A stretch of 64,000 nt of DNA, from contig CAZSAD010000001.1 of NCBI GenBank assembly GCA_964604995.1, positions 62,001 to 126,000 on the forward strand, written 5' to 3'. This stretch comes from an uncultured Methanosarcinales archaeon. GTDB taxonomy: Archaea; Nanobdellota; Nanobdellia; Woesearchaeales; JABMPP01. This document shows positions 61,457 through 64,000 of this stretch, in pieces (position 1 is the first letter of the stretch; every line of letters begins with the position of its first letter). Both the position numbers and the translations under genes were made by a program. The notes under the pieces are model-generated. The model did not search any database and was not told the origin of the DNA. It saw only the letters and a list, made by a program, of their open reading frames with translations.

Positions 61457-62560
61457 ATGAAAATAATTACAAATGATAAATCAAATAAAGATGAATATTT
61501 TATGAGTATTGCTCTTAAATTAGCGCAAAAATCAAGGCCTTCTCCAAATCCTAGAGTTGGAGCAGTAATTGTAAAAGATGGTAAAATAATTGGTCAAGGA
61601 TACCATAAAAAAGCAGGAACCAACCATGCTGAAATAAATGCAATAAATAATGCAAAGAAAAACGGATTTACTAATTTATCAAATTCGACAATGTATATAA
61701 CTTTAGAACCTTGTTGCACATGGGGCAAAACTTCACCTTGTACTGATTCAATTTTAAGGGAAAAAATAAAACATGTTGTAATCTCAACCATTGATCCAAA
61801 TCCTAATGTTGCTGGTAAAAGTTTAGTTCTTCTTTTAAAAAAAGGTGTTAAAATAACAAGTGGTATTTTAGAAAAACAAGCAGAAGAAATAAATGAAGGT
61901 TATAATCATTTTATCACAACAAAAAAGCCATTAGTTGTTTTAAAAGCTGCGTTATCTGTAGATGGAAAAATTGCCTCAGTTACTGGCGAATCGAAATGGA
62001 TAACAAATAAACATTCAAGAAAAATAGTACATCAAATGCGTTCAAAATACGATGCAATTTTAGTTGGCATTGGAACAGTTCTAAAAGATAATCCACATTT
62101 AACAAGCAGAATTAAAAATGGCATAAATTCAATAAGAATCATTTTAGATTCAACTCTTAAAATTCCACTTAATTCAAATGTTTTGTATGATAAAAATGTC
62201 TTAATTTTCACAACAAATAATTATAACAAAAAAAATAAAAAGTTTCTAGAACAAAAAGGAATTGCTGTTAAAATAGCAGGTAAAAACGCAATTGATTTAA
62301 AAAAAGTATTAACTGTTCTTGGTCAAATGGGAATAACAAGTATTTTAATTGAAGGGGGCTCAAAAATTTATGATTCATTTTTGAAGCAAAAATTAGTAGA
62401 TAAGGTAATCCTATTTACTGCGCCTCTAATTATTGGCGGGAGCAATGCACCAAGTCTTCTTCAAACTGGCGCAAATACAATAAAAAGTTCAATAAAGCTG
62501 AAAAATGTCAGATACACTATTTTAGGGGATAATATTCTTCTTGAAGGATATATTAAATAA
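61457..62560 (+). CDS. ribD: Bifunctional pyrimidine deaminase/reductase (bacterial-type RibD)
   Basis: PNPRVGAV, HAE, LEPCC....TSPC, SVDGKIA, SKWIT, GIGTVLKDNP, IEGG. Confidence 0.94.
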   Translation: MKIITNDKSNKDEYFMSIALKLAQKSRPSPNPRVGAVIVKDGKIIGQGYHKKAGTNHAEINAINNAKKNGFTNLSNSTMYITLEPCCTWGKTSPCTDSILREKIKHVVISTIDPNPNVAGKSLVLLLKKGVKITSGILEKQAEEINEGYNHFITTKKPLVVLKAALSVDGKIASVTGESKWITNKHSRKIVHQMRSKYDAILVGIGTVLKDNPHLTSRIKNGINSIRIILDSTLKIPLNSNVLYDKNVLIFTTNNYNKKNKKFLEQKGIAVKIAGKNAIDLKKVLTVLGQMGITSILIEGGSKIYDSFLKQKLVDKVILFTAPLIIGGSNAPSLLQTGANTIKSSIKLKNVRYTILGDNILLEGYIK

Positions 62561-62638
62561 ATTTTTAATTTTGTTTCTTTAGTTTTATTTAAATAAATTT
62601 AGTAACAATTATAAACTTCAATATCAAATCATTTTTTT

Positions 62639-63160
62639 ATGAATATACATCCATTATTTGTACACTTTCCAATAGCATTCATGATAATTTATGGTCTTTT
62701 AGAACTATTAAGATTTAAAAAATTAAACAACTTGCCTTATTGGTTTTATATCAAAGCATCAATGGTTATTCTTGGTGCAATTTTTGGAATAATTGCAATA
62801 TTTACTGGTGAGATGATAGAGGATATGTTTGAATCTGGTCCATATGGTAATGTCATGCGAACGCATTCTTTTTTTGCTAATTTATCAACTTGGATTTTTG
62901 CAATAATAGCATTATTTTACATTATTTTATGGATAGAAAAACAAAAAATATTTGCCAAAGTTCCTGATAATTTTTTCAAGAAAATATTAGATGTGTTATT
63001 GGGAATTAGTCATTTTGTCATAAATACTTCTTTTGTTTTTATTATAGTATTAGCTGGTCTAATCGCAATTACAATAACTGGCGCATTAGGTGGTGCAATG
63101 GTTTATGGACCAGATGTTGATTTGGCAGTATCATATATTTACCATCTATTTTTTCAATAG
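62639..63160 (+). CDS. DUF2231-like membrane protein
   Basis: HPLFVHFPIA N-terminus; TGALGGAMVYG C-terminus. Confidence 0.8.
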   Translation: MNIHPLFVHFPIAFMIIYGLLELLRFKKLNNLPYWFYIKASMVILGAIFGIIAIFTGEMIEDMFESGPYGNVMRTHSFFANLSTWIFAIIALFYIILWIEKQKIFAKVPDNFFKKILDVLLGISHFVINTSFVFIIVLAGLIAITITGALGGAMVYGPDVDLAVSYIYHLFFQ

Positions 63161-63401
63161 TTCAACAAACCTTTTATGACAACAGTAAAAGTTATTAGTC
63201 CAATTAATTGCTTTGATAAAACTAGAAGGGTATAAACATAGTTTACTATAATTATTTTAAAATTAGATTTTTAAAATTTTAGATCCGCAACCAAAAGCTA
63301 TTTAAACTTAAGAAATAAAATATTTTATGTTGGGATTTTAAGTGATTGCTTTTGCAGTGTAGTACTATTGACAACTTGTTTAAAAGAGCAGAGTGTGAAT
63401 A

Positions 63402-64000
63402 ATGAAACTGCAAACAACAATTACCATTTTTGTTAGATTCTTAATAATAATGGTCCCGATTTGCTTTGCATCTGAGATTAAACTTAGTTATGATGCAAAT
63501 GGCAATTTAGTTTCTGGCGATGGATTTTTTAGAGAGTACAATGGCTTTAATCAATTATCCAAAATTTACAACGGAACAAATTCATCTGGTGTATTAATTG
63601 AAGAATTTATTTATCATCCAACAGAAGAAAGAGTGCTTGTAAAGAAAATCTATTACAACAACACCTTAAAGGAAACTATCTATTATGTCAGTCAAAACTT
63701 TGTCAGAGTTGTAAACTCGTCAGGAAGTTATGATTTCACTTATGTTTATCATGAAGGACAATTTGTTGTGCAGTTAAATCCTGATGGGAGTAAATTATAT
63801 TCGATGACAGACCATTTAGGAAGTACGAGTATTATTACAAATTCATCTGCAAATGTTGTTGAGCAAACATTCTATGACCCTTATGGAGGAATTGTTTCTG
63901 GTGGAGATACTTCAAGGTTTGATTATGAAGCGAAAGAGTATGATAAAATAACAAAAGAAAATGACTTCCATTTCAGGACAGCAAAGCCAGAGATTGCAAG
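63402..64000 (+). CDS. Second secreted mini-Rhs core protein (3'-truncated by window edge; not in ORF track)
   Basis: MKLQTTITIFVRFLIIMVPICFA-SEIKLSYDANGNL...TDHLGSTSIITNSSANVVEQTFYDPYG...RFDYEAKEYD; in-frame TGA just upstream of ATG; open to window end. Confidence 0.85.
   Translation, partial: MKLQTTITIFVRFLIIMVPICFASEIKLSYDANGNLVSGDGFFREYNGFNQLSKIYNGTNSSGVLIEEFIYHPTEERVLVKKIYYNNTLKETIYYVSQNFVRVVNSSGSYDFTYVYHEGQFVVQLNPDGSKLYSMTDHLGSTSIITNSSANVVEQTFYDPYGGIVSGGDTSRFDYEAKEYDKITKENDFHFRTAKPEIA

Overview
AT-rich archaeal genomic window. A DPANN/Woesearchaeota-like origin is inferred from the split rpoB''/B', rpoA'/A'', eL15, eL30, Dph2, archaeal riboflavin synthase and intron-containing tRNAs. 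It contains several N-gaps that break ORFs. Core content: the RNA polymerase/rpl30e/nusA/rps12/rps7 operon, four tRNA genes (Lys, Asp, Tyr, Pro; three carry introns), Rad50-like ATPase, ROK kinase plus PGI/PMI, eL15, metal/Fe-S/disulfide genes, a bacterial-type Lgt, a truncated Dph2 and a hybrid archaeal/bacterial riboflavin operon. Top candidate system: a split, order-permuted Rhs/Tc-like polymorphic toxin locus (23325-32325). A secreted mini Rhs-core plus ParB-like toxin gene and a putative immunity gene precede a separate ~2300-aa secreted SpvB/FG-GAP/YD 'shell' gene. The shell's Rhs part ends where the small gene's Rhs part begins and continues into Cys-rich tandem repeats. A second mini-Rhs gene with the same start point, missed by the ORF track, begins at 63402. 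Also notable: two families of palindromic hairpin elements at tRNA 5' ends (one flanked by duplicated tRNA 5' segments), T-loop/D-loop tRNA introns, a mucin-type WxxW/CysD domain in a PEGA protein, and an APC permease-methyltransferase fusion. All calls come from reading motifs by eye; no searches were run.
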